Shown piece by piece: positions 19,769 through 30,969 of a stretch of DNA of 64,000 nucleotides. A model generated the notes under the pieces. That model saw only the letters and a program-made list of their open reading frames with translations. It made no database searches and was not told the origin of the DNA. Source of the stretch: Candidatus Binatia bacterium (GTDB lineage Bacteria; Desulfobacterota; Binatia; UBA9968; JAJDTQ01); NCBI GenBank assembly GCA_951813575.1, contig OX638375.1:3882752-3946751 (forward strand). The letters are read 5' to 3'. The position numbers and the translations under genes were made by a program. The number at the start of each line of letters is the position of its first letter. Within the stretch, counting starts at the first letter, position 1.

Positions 19769-21391
19769 ATGCTTGAAGACGCGCTGCTTTCCACCGGGTT
19801 GCTCATCGTCGTCGCCAAGCTGGCCGAGGGCGTTCTCCAGCGCTTCCGGCTGAACTCCATCATCGCCTACACCGCCACCGGCATCATCCTCGGCCCGGTC
19901 ACTGGTATCGTCGAGCTCAACAGTTACCTCCAGATCCTTCTGAGCATCGGCATCTTCCTCTACTTCTTCCTCATCGGCCTGGACGAGCTGGACGTATCGG
20001 CGTTCATGTCCGCGATCCATCGCCGTTTCTTCATCGCCGCGGTCATATCGGTGGTGGTCCCGATCATGGCTTCGCTGGTGGTCACCTTCGACCTGATCTT
20101 CGACTTCGGTCTGGGCCTCGACTTCAGCGGTTCGCTGGCCCTGGCCGGGGTGCTGTCGCTTACCAGCCTGGGCGTGGTCGCCAAGGCTTTGATCGATGCG
20201 GACCGGCTGCGGCAGCCCATCGGTCTCGAAATGTTCACCGTCGCGCTCATCGCCGAGTTGCTCGTGCTCCTGATCATCGGGTTCACCATCGGCGAGCACG
20301 CCGAGCACGTGAGCCTGGACGGCGTGCTGATCCTGCTGGTGCAGATCGTCGTCTTCATCGCGGGGACCTGGGTGTTGGCCGGACGGGTCATCCCGCCTCT
20401 GATCGAGCTGCTGGAACGGTTGCTGCGGGTCCCGCAACTGTCGTTCGGGCTGATTCTGGGCGTCCTGTTCATCGCCGTGGTGGGCGCGGAAAGGATCGGT
20501 CTGCACGGCTCCCTCGGGGCATTGCTCCTGGGCGTCGCGCTGTCGCGGCTCCCTCACCAGGTCCACCGGGACATCATCCCCGGAATGAAGAGTGTAGCCG
20601 ACGGCTTCTTCGTACCGCTCTTCTTCAGCTCGGCGGGGCTGCATCTCAGTCTGTCGTTCACCGAGATGCAGGTCTGGACCATCGTGGCCTTGATCGTGGT
20701 GCCGCTGATCGGGAACTTCGCCGGCGCCTGGCTGGGCGCTTCGGCGGCCCGTTTCGAAATGCCCTTTACCATCGCCACCGGACTGATGGCCAAGGGCGTC
20801 GCCGAGATCGCCATACTGTTGGTGCTGCTCGAGAACGGTATCATCGGGCCCGACGTCTTCTCGTTGTTCGTGCTCATCATGCTCGCCTACATTCTCCTGA
20901 CGCCGCCGGCCATCAGCCTCGCGGTGAGCCGTGCCAAGCCCACGGAACCGGTATCATTGCCCCAGCCGGTGCCCCCGTCGATGCTTCGTTTCGCTCTGGA
21001 AGATATCACCGTCGGCGACATCATCGACCGCAACCATCCTCACCCGGGAACGAACCTGACGGTTCGTGAGTTCGCGGACCAGTGGATAAACGCCGGGCAA
21101 CAGGACTACGTGATCACGGACCGTGACGGTGTTGTGGGACTCGTGTCGCTCGCCATGCTCAGGTATCTGCCCAAGCACGCGTGGTCGGACACCCCTTTGA
21201 GCAAGATCGCCCGGGTCGCCACGCCGAATACCTGGTTGGACGAGCCGGCGGAAGACGCCCTGCAGCGGATGACGGAGAATTCGCTCACGGCGATGCCGGT
21301 CCTGGACCGGGAGTCCAAGGCATTCGTCGGCTCGATCACCAGCCAGGACGTCCTGGACCTCATCACCACGGAAGTCCGCGGGTCGCGGTAG
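19769..21391 (+). CDS. CPA2 cation:proton antiporter with a C-terminal CBS pair
   Basis: GIILGP, SLTSLGVVAKAL and FFVPLFFSSAG in the membrane domain. Soluble tail DALQRMTENSLTAMPVLD...GSITSQDV is CBS-like. Confidence 0.85.
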   Translation: MLEDALLSTGLLIVVAKLAEGVLQRFRLNSIIAYTATGIILGPVTGIVELNSYLQILLSIGIFLYFFLIGLDELDVSAFMSAIHRRFFIAAVISVVVPIMASLVVTFDLIFDFGLGLDFSGSLALAGVLSLTSLGVVAKALIDADRLRQPIGLEMFTVALIAELLVLLIIGFTIGEHAEHVSLDGVLILLVQIVVFIAGTWVLAGRVIPPLIELLERLLRVPQLSFGLILGVLFIAVVGAERIGLHGSLGALLLGVALSRLPHQVHRDIIPGMKSVADGFFVPLFFSSAGLHLSLSFTEMQVWTIVALIVVPLIGNFAGAWLGASAARFEMPFTIATGLMAKGVAEIAILLVLLENGIIGPDVFSLFVLIMLAYILLTPPAISLAVSRAKPTEPVSLPQPVPPSMLRFALEDITVGDIIDRNHPHPGTNLTVREFADQWINAGQQDYVITDRDGVVGLVSLAMLRYLPKHAWSDTPLSKIARVATPNTWLDEPAEDALQRMTENSLTAMPVLDRESKAFVGSITSQDVLDLITTEVRGSR

Positions 21392-21503
21392 GGGTCAAGC
21401 CCCGCCGTGCCTTCGTCTCTCCCTTTGGTACGGGTCGCTTCGATTCACTACGAAGGAACAACCGGGTTACTATGATTAGAGCCATTCCAGCTATAATAGC
21501 CAC

Positions 21504-21755
21504 ATGAAAGAAATGGCTGCGAGAGACGCCAAGAACCGTTTCGGTCGTCTGATCGATGCTGTGCAGAGTGGCCCCGTACGCGTAACCAAGAACGGCAGGG
21601 CGGTGGGGGTCATGATGTCGGTGCAGCAATACGAGCGTTTGCGTGGCGCCGCGTGGGAGCGTCTGACGGCGACCATGGACGGCTTGGGCGAGGAAGCGTT
21701 GTCCAGGGGATTAACCGAAGCAAGGCTGGAAGAGCTCCTGGCGGATGAAAGCTGA
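21504..21755 (+). CDS. Phd/YefM family antitoxin
   Basis: ARDAKNRFGRLID...PVRVTKNGRAVGVMMS is a typical Phd N-terminus. Confidence 0.85.
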   Translation: MKEMAARDAKNRFGRLIDAVQSGPVRVTKNGRAVGVMMSVQQYERLRGAAWERLTATMDGLGEEALSRGLTEARLEELLADES

Positions 21756-22176
21756 CCGCGTCGTCATCGACACCAATGTGCTGATCAGCGCGGCCCTTCT
21801 GCCACACGGGTCTCCGCGTATGGTGGTGGACGCGGTCCGGTCCGAGAACGGCGTGTTGCCGTTCTCGGACGAGACGTTCAACGAGCTTCGAAACAGGCTC
21901 GGCCTTCCGAAATTCGACGCCTACGTCAGCCCGCAAGGCCGTGCGGTCTACATTGCGCAGCTTCAGGCGGTGTCGGAATGGGTTTCGATAGCGCGTGCCA
22001 AGCTGGGCTGCCGCTACCCGGATGGTGACAAGTTCCTGGAGACCGCGATGATGGGTGGGTCGGACTGCCTGATCACCGGGGACCGGGATCTGCTGGAGTT
22101 GTCCCCGTTCCAGGAGATCCCGATCTTGACCCCCGCAAGCTTCCTCGACTTGAGAAAACGTGGCACAAAGACATAG
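21745..22176 (+). CDS. PIN domain toxin (VapC-like)
   Basis: RVVIDTNVLISA, CRYPDGDKFLE and LITGDRDLL; overlaps the antitoxin stop. Confidence 0.85.
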   Translation: MKADRVVIDTNVLISAALLPHGSPRMVVDAVRSENGVLPFSDETFNELRNRLGLPKFDAYVSPQGRAVYIAQLQAVSEWVSIARAKLGCRYPDGDKFLETAMMGGSDCLITGDRDLLELSPFQEIPILTPASFLDLRKRGTKT

Positions 22177-22222
22177 TGAAGAGGCACTTGCACGAATACT
22201 CTTCGGACAAAGGGGTGACAAG

Positions 22223-22765
22223 ATGAAACAACCCTTCAAGACGGACCTCGAGGCGATCCAGAAAAGGGCCCGGGAAAAGATGGAGCAGGGCGCCATCACC
22301 GGCGCGTACCTGGCCGACCGGGAGCAGGTGCTGTCGGTGCTGAACGAGGTGCTGGCCACCGAGATCGTCTGCATCCTGCGCTACAAGAACCACTACTTCA
22401 TGGCCAGCGGCATCAACGCCGGGCCGGTGGCGGCGGAGTTCCTGCAGCACGCCAACGAGGAGCAGATGCACGCGGACTGGGTGGCTCAGCGCATCACCCA
22501 GCTCGGCGGCTCGCCCAACTTCAGCCCGGAAGGGCTCGCCAGCCGCTCCCACGCCGCGTACGAGGAAGGTGAGACTCTGGAGGCGATGATCAAGGAAGAC
22601 CTGGTGGCCGAACGGGTGGCCATCGAGACCTACTCCGAGATCATCCGCTGGCTGGCCAACGACGACCCCACCACCCGCCGGATCATCGAGGACATCCTCA
22701 AGATGGAGGAGGAGCACGCCGACGACCTGGCCAGCCTGCTGGTGACGTTGGGGAAGAGTGCGTGA
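22223..22765 (+). CDS. Bacterioferritin/Dps-like ferritin-family protein
   Basis: LNEVLATE, EEQMHAD, RITQLGG, EDLVAE and EEEHADDL ferroxidase pattern. Confidence 0.85.
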   Translation: MKQPFKTDLEAIQKRAREKMEQGAITGAYLADREQVLSVLNEVLATEIVCILRYKNHYFMASGINAGPVAAEFLQHANEEQMHADWVAQRITQLGGSPNFSPEGLASRSHAAYEEGETLEAMIKEDLVAERVAIETYSEIIRWLANDDPTTRRIIEDILKMEEEHADDLASLLVTLGKSA

Positions 22766-23169
22766 AGCTCGTCATCGGCGCCGCCGGCGCGGCGGTAGCC
22801 GTCGCGGTGGCGGCATGGGTGCTGTGGCCGGATGGTCACGGCGGGCACCCGCCGGCCGGTCGCCCGCAGTCGGAAATATCGGTGTCGTCGACGGCGGGAA
22901 TGCCGGGCAAGGCGATGTACAATCAGAAGTGCGCGGTGTGCCACGGGCTCCAGGCCGTCGGCTCGCCCCAGGGACCGCCGCTGGTCCACCGGTACTACGA
23001 GCCGGGTCATCACTCGGATATGGCATTCGTGCTGGCGGTGAAAAGGGGGGTCCGGGCGCATCATTGGCGTTTCGGCAACATGGCGCCTGTTCCCGGCCTC
23101 TCCGACACCGATATCAAGGAAATCATTCGTTACGTGCGTGCCCTGCAGCGGGCCAACGGGATCTTCTGA
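22762..23169 (+). CDS. Monoheme cytochrome c
   Basis: N-terminal membrane anchor, CAVCHG and a distal Met (GNMAP); GTG overlaps the previous stop. Confidence 0.85.
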   Translation: MKLVIGAAGAAVAVAVAAWVLWPDGHGGHPPAGRPQSEISVSSTAGMPGKAMYNQKCAVCHGLQAVGSPQGPPLVHRYYEPGHHSDMAFVLAVKRGVRAHHWRFGNMAPVPGLSDTDIKEIIRYVRALQRANGIF

Positions 23170-23180
23170 GGACTTGAGAA

Positions 23181-23774
23181 ATGACCATAGCATTGCGTCC
23201 GCGGCTCACGGTGGCCGTCCTGGTGATTGTCCTGGCTTCCGGCGCCGTGTATGCGCATCGCGGCGCCACCGGCATCGTCAAGAAGCGCATGGATGCCATG
23301 ATGTCTCTGGGCGATTCCATGAAGGCGCTGACCGCGATGATGCGCGGGAAGCAACCCTACGATGTCGAGCGGGTCAGGACTCACGCGATGGCCGTCGCCC
23401 GGCACGGAGGTAGAGATCTGACCCGGCTGTTCCCGGAGGGGAGCCTGCAACATCCCACGAGGGCGAAACCGGCCATCTGGGCCGATTGGGAACGCTTCTC
23501 GACTCTGGCGAAGGAAATGGCCGTGTACGCCGGCGCGCTGGCATCGACGACGGCCAACCAGCGGCGGTCCGGGCGGGGCGGCAGCATGCCCGTGGACCCC
23601 ACGCCGGAAGAACTCGCGGCCATGGCGCCGGACGTGGTCTTCGAGCGCTTGAGGCGGACCTGCTCGGACTGCCATCGGACTTTTCGCGAGAAAAGCGAGT
23701 TGCCGTCGCGGCCTGCCGAGTGGTTCGGCCGCCTTGCCCGGGTCAATCCAGCTTCGACCGCAGCAAGTCGTTGA
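23181..23774 (+). CDS. Class II cytochrome c (c'/c556-like)
   Basis: Signal peptide, [23 protein letters not shown] and C-terminal CSDCHRTFR. Confidence 0.85.
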   Translation: MTIALRPRLTVAVLVIVLASGAVYAHRGATGIVKKRMDAMMSLGDSMKALTAMMRGKQPYDVERVRTHAMAVARHGGRDLTRLFPEGSLQHPTRAKPAIWADWERFSTLAKEMAVYAGALASTTANQRRSGRGGSMPVDPTPEELAAMAPDVVFERLRRTCSDCHRTFREKSELPSRPAEWFGRLARVNPASTAASR

Positions 23775-26091
23775 CCAGGCGGGGGTCGGCCTTGCCGTTG
23801 GTGGACTTCATCACCTGCCCCACGAAGAACCCCAGGAGATTGGTCTTGCCCTCGCGATAGAGGGTGACGTTCTCGGGATTGGCGGCGAGGACGGCGTCGA
23901 CGACGGGTTCGAGCTGGTGTGCGTCGGTTACCTGCCGGAGTCCGAGTCTTTCAACGATGCCGGCGGCATCCTCGCCGCTTTCCAGCATGACGGCGAAGAC
24001 CTGCTTGCCGGCGTTGCCGGAGATGGTCTGGCTGTCGATGAGCGCCACCAATTCCGCCAGCGCTGCCGGAGTCAACGGCAGTGAGTCCAGCGGTATGTCC
24101 CTCAGTGCCGGGCGCAGCTCGTTGACGATCCAGTTGGCCATCGTCCGGGGGTTGTCGTGGTTGCGGACGGCCTCCTCGAAGAACCCGGCGAGGCCGTCGT
24201 CCGCGGCCAGCAACAACGCGTCGCCGGCCGCGAGCCCGAGCCGTTCGCGGTAGTTCTCCATCCTGGAGCGTTGGGCCACGGTCAATTCAGCGTCCGCGGG
24301 GACCTGTCGCTCGGCTCGAGCCTTGGCCGTCTTCCCGGGAGCGGCCTGTGTCCCGCGTGGCCGCCTGGGCTCCCCGTCGCCTTCGCCTCGCCGCACGATC
24401 TTGAGCCACGAGTCCCGGAGCGTCACGATGCGGTTGAATACGAGAGCGGCCCCGGTCGAGTCCGGGTCGACGCAGAAGTACCCCAGCCGCTCGAACTGGA
24501 ACCGGTCGCCCGCGCCGGCGGCGGCGAGGCTCGGTTCCACGCGGCTCTTCACGGTTTCCAGGGATTTGCTGTTCAGCAGCTCGCGGTAGTCGCGGCTGGA
24601 GTCGCCCTGGGGGTCGGGCACCGAGAACAGCCGGTCGTAGAGCCGGAGCTCGGCTTCGAGCGCGTGGGCGGCGGATACCCAGTGAATGGTCCCCTGAACC
24701 TTCTTGCCGCTCTTGCCGGAGCCGCTCCGGGTCGTCGGGTCGTAGGAGCACCGCAACTCCGTCACCTCGCCCGTGCGTGGGTCCTTGACCATCTCGTCGC
24801 AGCGGATGATGTAAGCGTAGCGCAGCCGCACCTCCCGGCCCGGCGCCAGCCGGTGGTATCCCTTGGGCGGCTCCTCGAGAAAGTCGTCCCGCTCGATATA
24901 GAGCTCGCGGGAGAAGGGGACGGTTCGCGACCCTTCCTTGGGCACGTCGTGGGGATAGTAGGGCGCCTCCAGCTCCTCCACGCGGCCCTCCGGATAGTTG
25001 GTGAGGACCACCTTGAGGGGACGCTCCACCGCCAGCACCCGCGGCGCCTTCTGGTTGAGGTCGTCGCGGATGAAGTACTCGAGCTGGCCCATCTCCACGG
25101 TGTTGTCGCTCTTGGCGATGCCTACGCTGTGGCAGAAGTTGCGGATCGCCTCGGGCGTGTAGCCGCGCCGCCTCAGCCCCGCCAGGGTGGGCATGCGCGG
25201 GTCGTCCCATCCGGCCACGTGCTTCTCTTCCACCAGCTCCAGCAGCCGGCGCTTGCTCATCACGGTGTAGTCGAGGTTCAGCCGGGCGAACTCGATCTGC
25301 CGGGGCTCGGACGGGACGTCCAACTGCGCCAGGATCCAGTCGTAGAGCTCGCGGTTGTTCTCGAATTCCAGGGTGCAGAGGGAGTGGGTGACCCCTTCCA
25401 GCGCGTCCGACAGCGGGTGGGCGAAGTCGTACATGGGATAGATGGGCCAGGCGTCGCCGGTGTGGTGGTGGGTGACGTGACGGATGCGGTAGATTACCGG
25501 GTCGCGCATCTTCATGTTCGGCGACGCCATGTCGATCCTTGCACGCAGCACGTGGGCGCCGTCAGGGAACTCGCCGTTCCGCATGCGGGCGAAGAGGTCC
25601 AGGTTCTCGGCTACACCGCGGGCCCGGTAGGGGCTCTCCCGCCCCGGCTCCGTGACCGTGCCGCGGGTCTCGCGGATCTCCGCCTCGCTCAGGCTGCAGA
25701 CGTAGGCGCCGCCGCGCTCGATGAGCTGGACGGCGAAGCGGTACAGCTCTTCGAAGTAGTCCGAGGCGTTGTACAGGCCATCGCCCCAGTCGAAGCCCAG
25801 CCAACGGATGTTGTCCTTGATGGCCTCGACGTAAAGGGTATCCTCCTTGGCCGGGTCGGTGTCGTCGAAGCGCAGGTTGCACTGCCCGCCGAACTCCCGG
25901 GCGACGCCGAAGTTCAGGCAGATGGACTTGGCGTGGCCGATGTGGAGAAAGCCGTTGGGCTCGGGCGGGAAGCGCGTCACCACCCCGCCGGGATGTTTGC
26001 CATTGGCCAGGTCGTCCCGCACGATGGTGCGGATGAAGTCCAGGGGAGGCTCGCGCCTGGCGGTGCTGTCGGTCTCTTCCGTCTTGCTCAT
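23743..26091 (-). CDS. glnS: Glutamine--tRNA ligase with a C-terminal YqeY/GatB-like domain
   Basis: [30 protein letters not shown] and FQFERLGYF. The tail [18 protein letters not shown] is YqeY-like. Confidence 0.95.
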   Translation of the reverse strand: MSKTEETDSTARREPPLDFIRTIVRDDLANGKHPGGVVTRFPPEPNGFLHIGHAKSICLNFGVAREFGGQCNLRFDDTDPAKEDTLYVEAIKDNIRWLGFDWGDGLYNASDYFEELYRFAVQLIERGGAYVCSLSEAEIRETRGTVTEPGRESPYRARGVAENLDLFARMRNGEFPDGAHVLRARIDMASPNMKMRDPVIYRIRHVTHHHTGDAWPIYPMYDFAHPLSDALEGVTHSLCTLEFENNRELYDWILAQLDVPSEPRQIEFARLNLDYTVMSKRRLLELVEEKHVAGWDDPRMPTLAGLRRRGYTPEAIRNFCHSVGIAKSDNTVEMGQLEYFIRDDLNQKAPRVLAVERPLKVVLTNYPEGRVEELEAPYYPHDVPKEGSRTVPFSRELYIERDDFLEEPPKGYHRLAPGREVRLRYAYIIRCDEMVKDPRTGEVTELRCSYDPTTRSGSGKSGKKVQGTIHWVSAAHALEAELRLYDRLFSVPDPQGDSSRDYRELLNSKSLETVKSRVEPSLAAAGAGDRFQFERLGYFCVDPDSTGAALVFNRIVTLRDSWLKIVRRGEGDGEPRRPRGTQAAPGKTAKARAERQVPADAELTVAQRSRMENYRERLGLAAGDALLLAADDGLAGFFEEAVRNHDNPRTMANWIVNELRPALRDIPLDSLPLTPAALAELVALIDSQTISGNAGKQVFAVMLESGEDAAGIVERLGLRQVTDAHQLEPVVDAVLAANPENVTLYREGKTNLLGFFVGQVMKSTNGKADPRLVNDLLRSKLD

Positions 26092-26235
26092 GGGCGTAAC
26101 CGGGGATCTTCGAGGCAGGTTCCCAGTCTACCTGATCCCGCGCCGGTCATGAAGCCGCGGAGATACACGGGGACGGTCCATACCCTTCGCACCACGTTCG
26201 GGGTATAGAGGATCCATCCGGAAAGGAGGTGCGCG

Positions 26236-26628
26236 ATGCCGCTACTCGACCACGTAGGGGTCAAGGTCACCGACCTCGACCGCTCCATCAGGTTCTACAA
26301 CGATCTCTTCGGCTTCGAGATGGTGGACCGCCGCATGCTCGGCAGCAGCAACGTCGAGGCGGCCGCCCTGCAGGTGGGCGGGAGCATTATCTTCCTGTTG
26401 AACGAGGCTTCGTTCCGGTCCCGGAGTCCGGAGGAGTACGGCGGCGTGGACCATTTCTGCCTGACCTTCACCGACCCGGAGTTTCGGGAGATCCTGGACC
26501 GCATCAAGGCCATGGGGGTGAAGCTCGAAGGCGGGGTGGTGCCCCGGACCGGCGCCACCGGACGCAGCGACTCGCAGTACATCCTCGACCCGGACGGCAA
26601 CCAGATCGAGGTCAAGACGGGACTTTAG
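26236..26628 (+). CDS. VOC/glyoxalase family protein
   Basis: LDHVGVKVTDLDRSIRFY, DHFCL and DPDGNQIE motifs. Confidence 0.9.
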   Translation: MPLLDHVGVKVTDLDRSIRFYNDLFGFEMVDRRMLGSSNVEAAALQVGGSIIFLLNEASFRSRSPEEYGGVDHFCLTFTDPEFREILDRIKAMGVKLEGGVVPRTGATGRSDSQYILDPDGNQIEVKTGL

Positions 26629-26664
26629 GCCCCCTCCCGTCACCGGCCTCCGGGTGCCCTCCAT

Positions 26665-26691
26665 GTCACCCCGGGCTTGACCCGGGGTCCA
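26665..26691. repeat. 27-bp REP-like palindrome (family A), intact copy
   Basis: GTCACCCCGGGCTTGACCCGGGGTCCA. Identical copies occur at 50326 and, inverted, at 31045 and 50407. Confidence 0.85.
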
Positions 26692-26713
26692 GGCGGCGGG
26701 GCGGGGGGTGGAC

Positions 26714-27571
26714 TCACGCCTGCAGCCGGTCCTTGCCGGCCACGGTGGTGCGGCGCAGGAGCCGGCGCTCGCTGTCCGGGTAGAACGTGCGGGCGTGGAT
26801 GGAGCAGAAGTTGTCCCACATCAGCAGGTCCCCCACCTCCCAGGTGTGCTCGTACCGGAAGCTCGGGTCCTCGGTGATGTCGAACAGGTCGCTCAGAATG
26901 GCGTCGCTCTCCGCCCGGTCCATGCCCTCGATGCGCACCGACATCATGCGGTTCACGTAGAGCGCCCTGCGGCCCGTCACCGGGTGGGTGATGAAGATGG
27001 GCTGCACGTAGTAACGGGCGCCGCTCAAGTCGATGTCGGCGTCCACCGTGTGCCGCTGGTAGTCGTAGACCTGCAGCACCTTGCATCCCTCCAGTTTCGC
27101 CTTGAGGTCCGCCGGGACATTGTCGTAGGCGGCACACTGGTTCGTGACCATGGTATGGCCGCCCTGGGTCGACACCTCGATACCGTAGAGGATGGTGACG
27201 TGGTCGGGTATCTCGTGGAACGCGGTGTCCTGGTGGAAGCCCATTTCTCTGTCGCCGTTGGCCGAGGCCCCTTCCAGCGGCTTGCCGTTCTCCTTGATGT
27301 TGCTCACCACCATCACCGGCGTCGTGTAGATGTCGTCGTCGGACTTCCGGAGGCGCGGCCCCACGGTGCGCTTGCCGATGTCGCCGAAGGTGGTGGTGAA
27401 GCGGTTTTGCTGCTCCACCGTCATGTTCTGGCCGCGAAAGAGCAGCGCGACGTGCTCGTAGAACTCCGCCAGGATCTCGTCCCGTACCTTCGCGTCCAGC
27501 GGTTCGCTCACGTCCAGTCCGAGAATCTCCACGCCCAGGGCCGGTGAAAGCGGTCTTGTGGTCAGGCTCAT
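26714..27571 (-). CDS. TauD/TfdA family 2OG-Fe(II) dioxygenase
   Basis: PALGVEILGLD, FHQD, HPVTGRRALYVN and GDLLMWDNFCSIHAR; start MSLTTRP. Confidence 0.9.
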   Translation of the reverse strand: MSLTTRPLSPALGVEILGLDVSEPLDAKVRDEILAEFYEHVALLFRGQNMTVEQQNRFTTTFGDIGKRTVGPRLRKSDDDIYTTPVMVVSNIKENGKPLEGASANGDREMGFHQDTAFHEIPDHVTILYGIEVSTQGGHTMVTNQCAAYDNVPADLKAKLEGCKVLQVYDYQRHTVDADIDLSGARYYVQPIFITHPVTGRRALYVNRMMSVRIEGMDRAESDAILSDLFDITEDPSFRYEHTWEVGDLLMWDNFCSIHARTFYPDSERRLLRRTTVAGKDRLQA

Positions 27572-27600
27572 GGTCGTCTCCTGTTTCGTCGGGTCATGCC

Positions 27601-28455
27601 TCACGCGTGGACGGGCTCTTTCCCGGCCACCGTGCACCGCCGCAGGATTCGCGCCTCCTCGGCGGGAAAGTCGGTGCGAGCGTGGGTGGAGCAGCGGTTG
27701 TCCCACATGAGGAGGTCGCCCACCCGCCACTCGTGGTCATAGACGATGCGGTCGTCCTCGGCGATGTCGAACAGCTCGTCGAGGATGGCCTCGCTCTCGG
27801 CCGGGTCCATCCCTTCGATGTGCGCGGTCATGGTGCGGTTCACGTAGAGCGCCTTCCTGCCCGTCACCGGGTGGGTGATGAAGATGGGCTGCGCATGGCT
27901 GCGGGCGCCGGTCATGTCCACGTTGGGGTCGATGCGGTAGCGGTTGTAGTCGTACACCTGCAGGACGGTGCGCCCCTCCAGCCGGTCGCGCAGGGCACGC
28001 GGGATGTTGTCGTAGGCCCGGTACATGTTCGAAACCCGGGTCAGGCCCCCCTGGCTGGTGACCTCCATGCCGTAGAGCATGGTGACGATGTTGGGGACCG
28101 GGTAGAAGCAGGTGTCGTGGTGGAACCACATCTCGCCGTCGCCGAAGGAGGCCGTGTTGCCCGTGGGCCCGTCGTCGCTGCGGTTGGTGACCATCATCAC
28201 CGGGTTGGCGTAGGTGTCCTTCGGCGACTTGACGAAACGGGCGCCCACGGTGCGCTTGCCCAGCTCGCCGAAGGTCAAGGCGAAACCCGTCTGCTGCAGC
28301 TCCGTCAGGTCCTGGCCCCGAAAGAGCAGGAGCACGTGCTCGTGGAACGCGTCCAGGATCGCCTCGCGGGTCTCTCCGTCCAGCGGCTCCCGCAGGTCCA
28401 GGCCCTCGATCTCCGCGCCGATGGCGGGGGAAACGGGTTTGATGGTCAGGCTCAT
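27601..28455 (-). CDS. TauD/TfdA family dioxygenase, tandem paralog
   Basis: GAEIEGLD, FHHD, HPVTGRKALYVN and WDNRCSTHAR; GGAGG RBS. Confidence 0.9.
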   Translation of the reverse strand: MSLTIKPVSPAIGAEIEGLDLREPLDGETREAILDAFHEHVLLLFRGQDLTELQQTGFALTFGELGKRTVGARFVKSPKDTYANPVMMVTNRSDDGPTGNTASFGDGEMWFHHDTCFYPVPNIVTMLYGMEVTSQGGLTRVSNMYRAYDNIPRALRDRLEGRTVLQVYDYNRYRIDPNVDMTGARSHAQPIFITHPVTGRKALYVNRTMTAHIEGMDPAESEAILDELFDIAEDDRIVYDHEWRVGDLLMWDNRCSTHARTDFPAEEARILRRCTVAGKEPVHA

Positions 28456-28488
28456 GGCTATCACCTCCTGGTTTCGACGGCGTCTCTA

Positions 28489-28647
28489 GTGTTGTGTCTC
28501 ACAAACAGGTTTGCAAAGATGCGCCGGATTTTTTGTTGTCGGCAAGGCGCGATGACGAGCAGTGGCGGTTACCACGCGAGGAAGAGCAACGCAGCCGACG
28601 ACAAAAAAGACCAGCAGATTTGTAAACCTGTTTGTGAGACACAATAC
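28489..28647. mobile_element. MITE-like element with about 55-bp imperfect terminal inverted repeats, flanked by TA
   Basis: Left end GTGTTGTGTCTCACAAACAGGTTTGCAAA; reverse complement of the right end GTATTGTGTCTCACAAACAGGTTTACAAA. TA at 28487-88 and 28648-49. AT-richer than its flanks. Confidence 0.75.
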
Positions 28648-28659
28648 TACGTCCGCCCG

Positions 28660-29697
28660 TCACCGCATCTCTTCGGGGATGATCTTGCCGTCGTCGACGA
28701 TCATCTCGCCATCGAGATGAAACGCGGCCCGGCGCAGGATCAGGTCCTCGTGGGCCAGCGTGGTGTTCTTGCCGCCCAGCGCGTAGTTGGCGCCGAAGGC
28801 GATCTGCACGTTGCCGTAGGTGGAGCGGGCGTCCCGGGCGCCCTCTTCGGTGCCGCGCTGCGCCACTTCCACCCAGCGCGCCCGCGGGTCGGTGCCCCAG
28901 CCGATGTGCGAGATAATGAAGGCCTGGGGGTCTCTCGACTGCTCCAGGTGTTCCCTGAGAAGGATGGCGTCCACCCCGCCCTCGACGGCGGTGATACATC
29001 CGTCCTTCACCTCGATGCGCACGGGCTGCTGCACGTAGCGGCCCAGCATCACCAGCAGATCTCCGGGGTCCAGCATCAGCGTGCCGTTGGCGCTGTCCTC
29101 CAGCGGCGCGCAGTAGAGGAAGCCCGAGGGCCAGCTGTCCCAGCGTCCGGGGGTGTCGCTGATTCCGTACTGGGTGACGCCGCGCCTGCCGTCCTTGCGC
29201 ATGGAGAGGTCCGTGCCGGTCCCGGTGGTAACGCGGATCTCCCCGGCCTCTTCCAGCTTCCTGGCGCCGTTCAGGGTCCGCTGCCGCACCCCTTCGTCCG
29301 GAAAGCAGCGCCTGAGCTGGTCCTCGGTGCCGCGCACCTGGAGCACCCGGGTGCCGCCGGAAAGCACGTCTGCGAGCGCCTTGCCGTAGAGGTAGAGGAC
29401 GCCGGCCGTGGTGAGATCCACCACCAGATCGGCGGTCTTCAGGATCTCCACCACCGGAGCCACGTTGGTATCGTTGCCCGCGGTGCCGGGCAGCAGAGGG
29501 ATCTTGATCTCGAACGCGCTGGCGGCCACTTCCTTGGCGGCGGCGAGAAAAGCAGCGGCGTAGTTGGTGTTGGTACGGGTATCGGTGAAGACGATGACGG
29601 TCTCGTCGGACGTGGCCTTGCACAGGGTCAGCTCGCGCAACACCATGCCGTAGAGGTCGCCCGCGATGGCCCCCGTAGTAGGAAATCGTACAGTCAT
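28660..29697 (-). CDS. NicX-like 2,5-dihydroxypyridine dioxygenase / M29 peptidase-fold protein
   Basis: PGRWDSWPSG, ANGTLMLDPGD, ISHIGWG and AHED (His...HxD iron-ligand pattern). Confidence 0.65.
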   Translation of the reverse strand: MTVRFPTTGAIAGDLYGMVLRELTLCKATSDETVIVFTDTRTNTNYAAAFLAAAKEVAASAFEIKIPLLPGTAGNDTNVAPVVEILKTADLVVDLTTAGVLYLYGKALADVLSGGTRVLQVRGTEDQLRRCFPDEGVRQRTLNGARKLEEAGEIRVTTGTGTDLSMRKDGRRGVTQYGISDTPGRWDSWPSGFLYCAPLEDSANGTLMLDPGDLLVMLGRYVQQPVRIEVKDGCITAVEGGVDAILLREHLEQSRDPQAFIISHIGWGTDPRARWVEVAQRGTEEGARDARSTYGNVQIAFGANYALGGKNTTLAHEDLILRRAAFHLDGEMIVDDGKIIPEEMR

Positions 29698-29731
29698 GGG
29701 AATACCGCCGGACGCACCGGCTGCTGAAGCG

Positions 29732-29761
29732 ACTCTATCCCCACGTCATCCGGAGTGTCAA
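29732..29761 (-). promoter_or_regulatory. Putative sigma70 promoter of the nicX-like gene
   Basis: Minus strand TTGACA-18 nt-TAGAGT. Confidence 0.45.
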
Positions 29762-29823
29762 GCGAACCCGGGGGCCCGCCACGGACGTGATTCCACCTCC
29801 AATGTCACCTGTATGTTGAGGAA

Positions 29824-30969
<1,146 letters not shown>

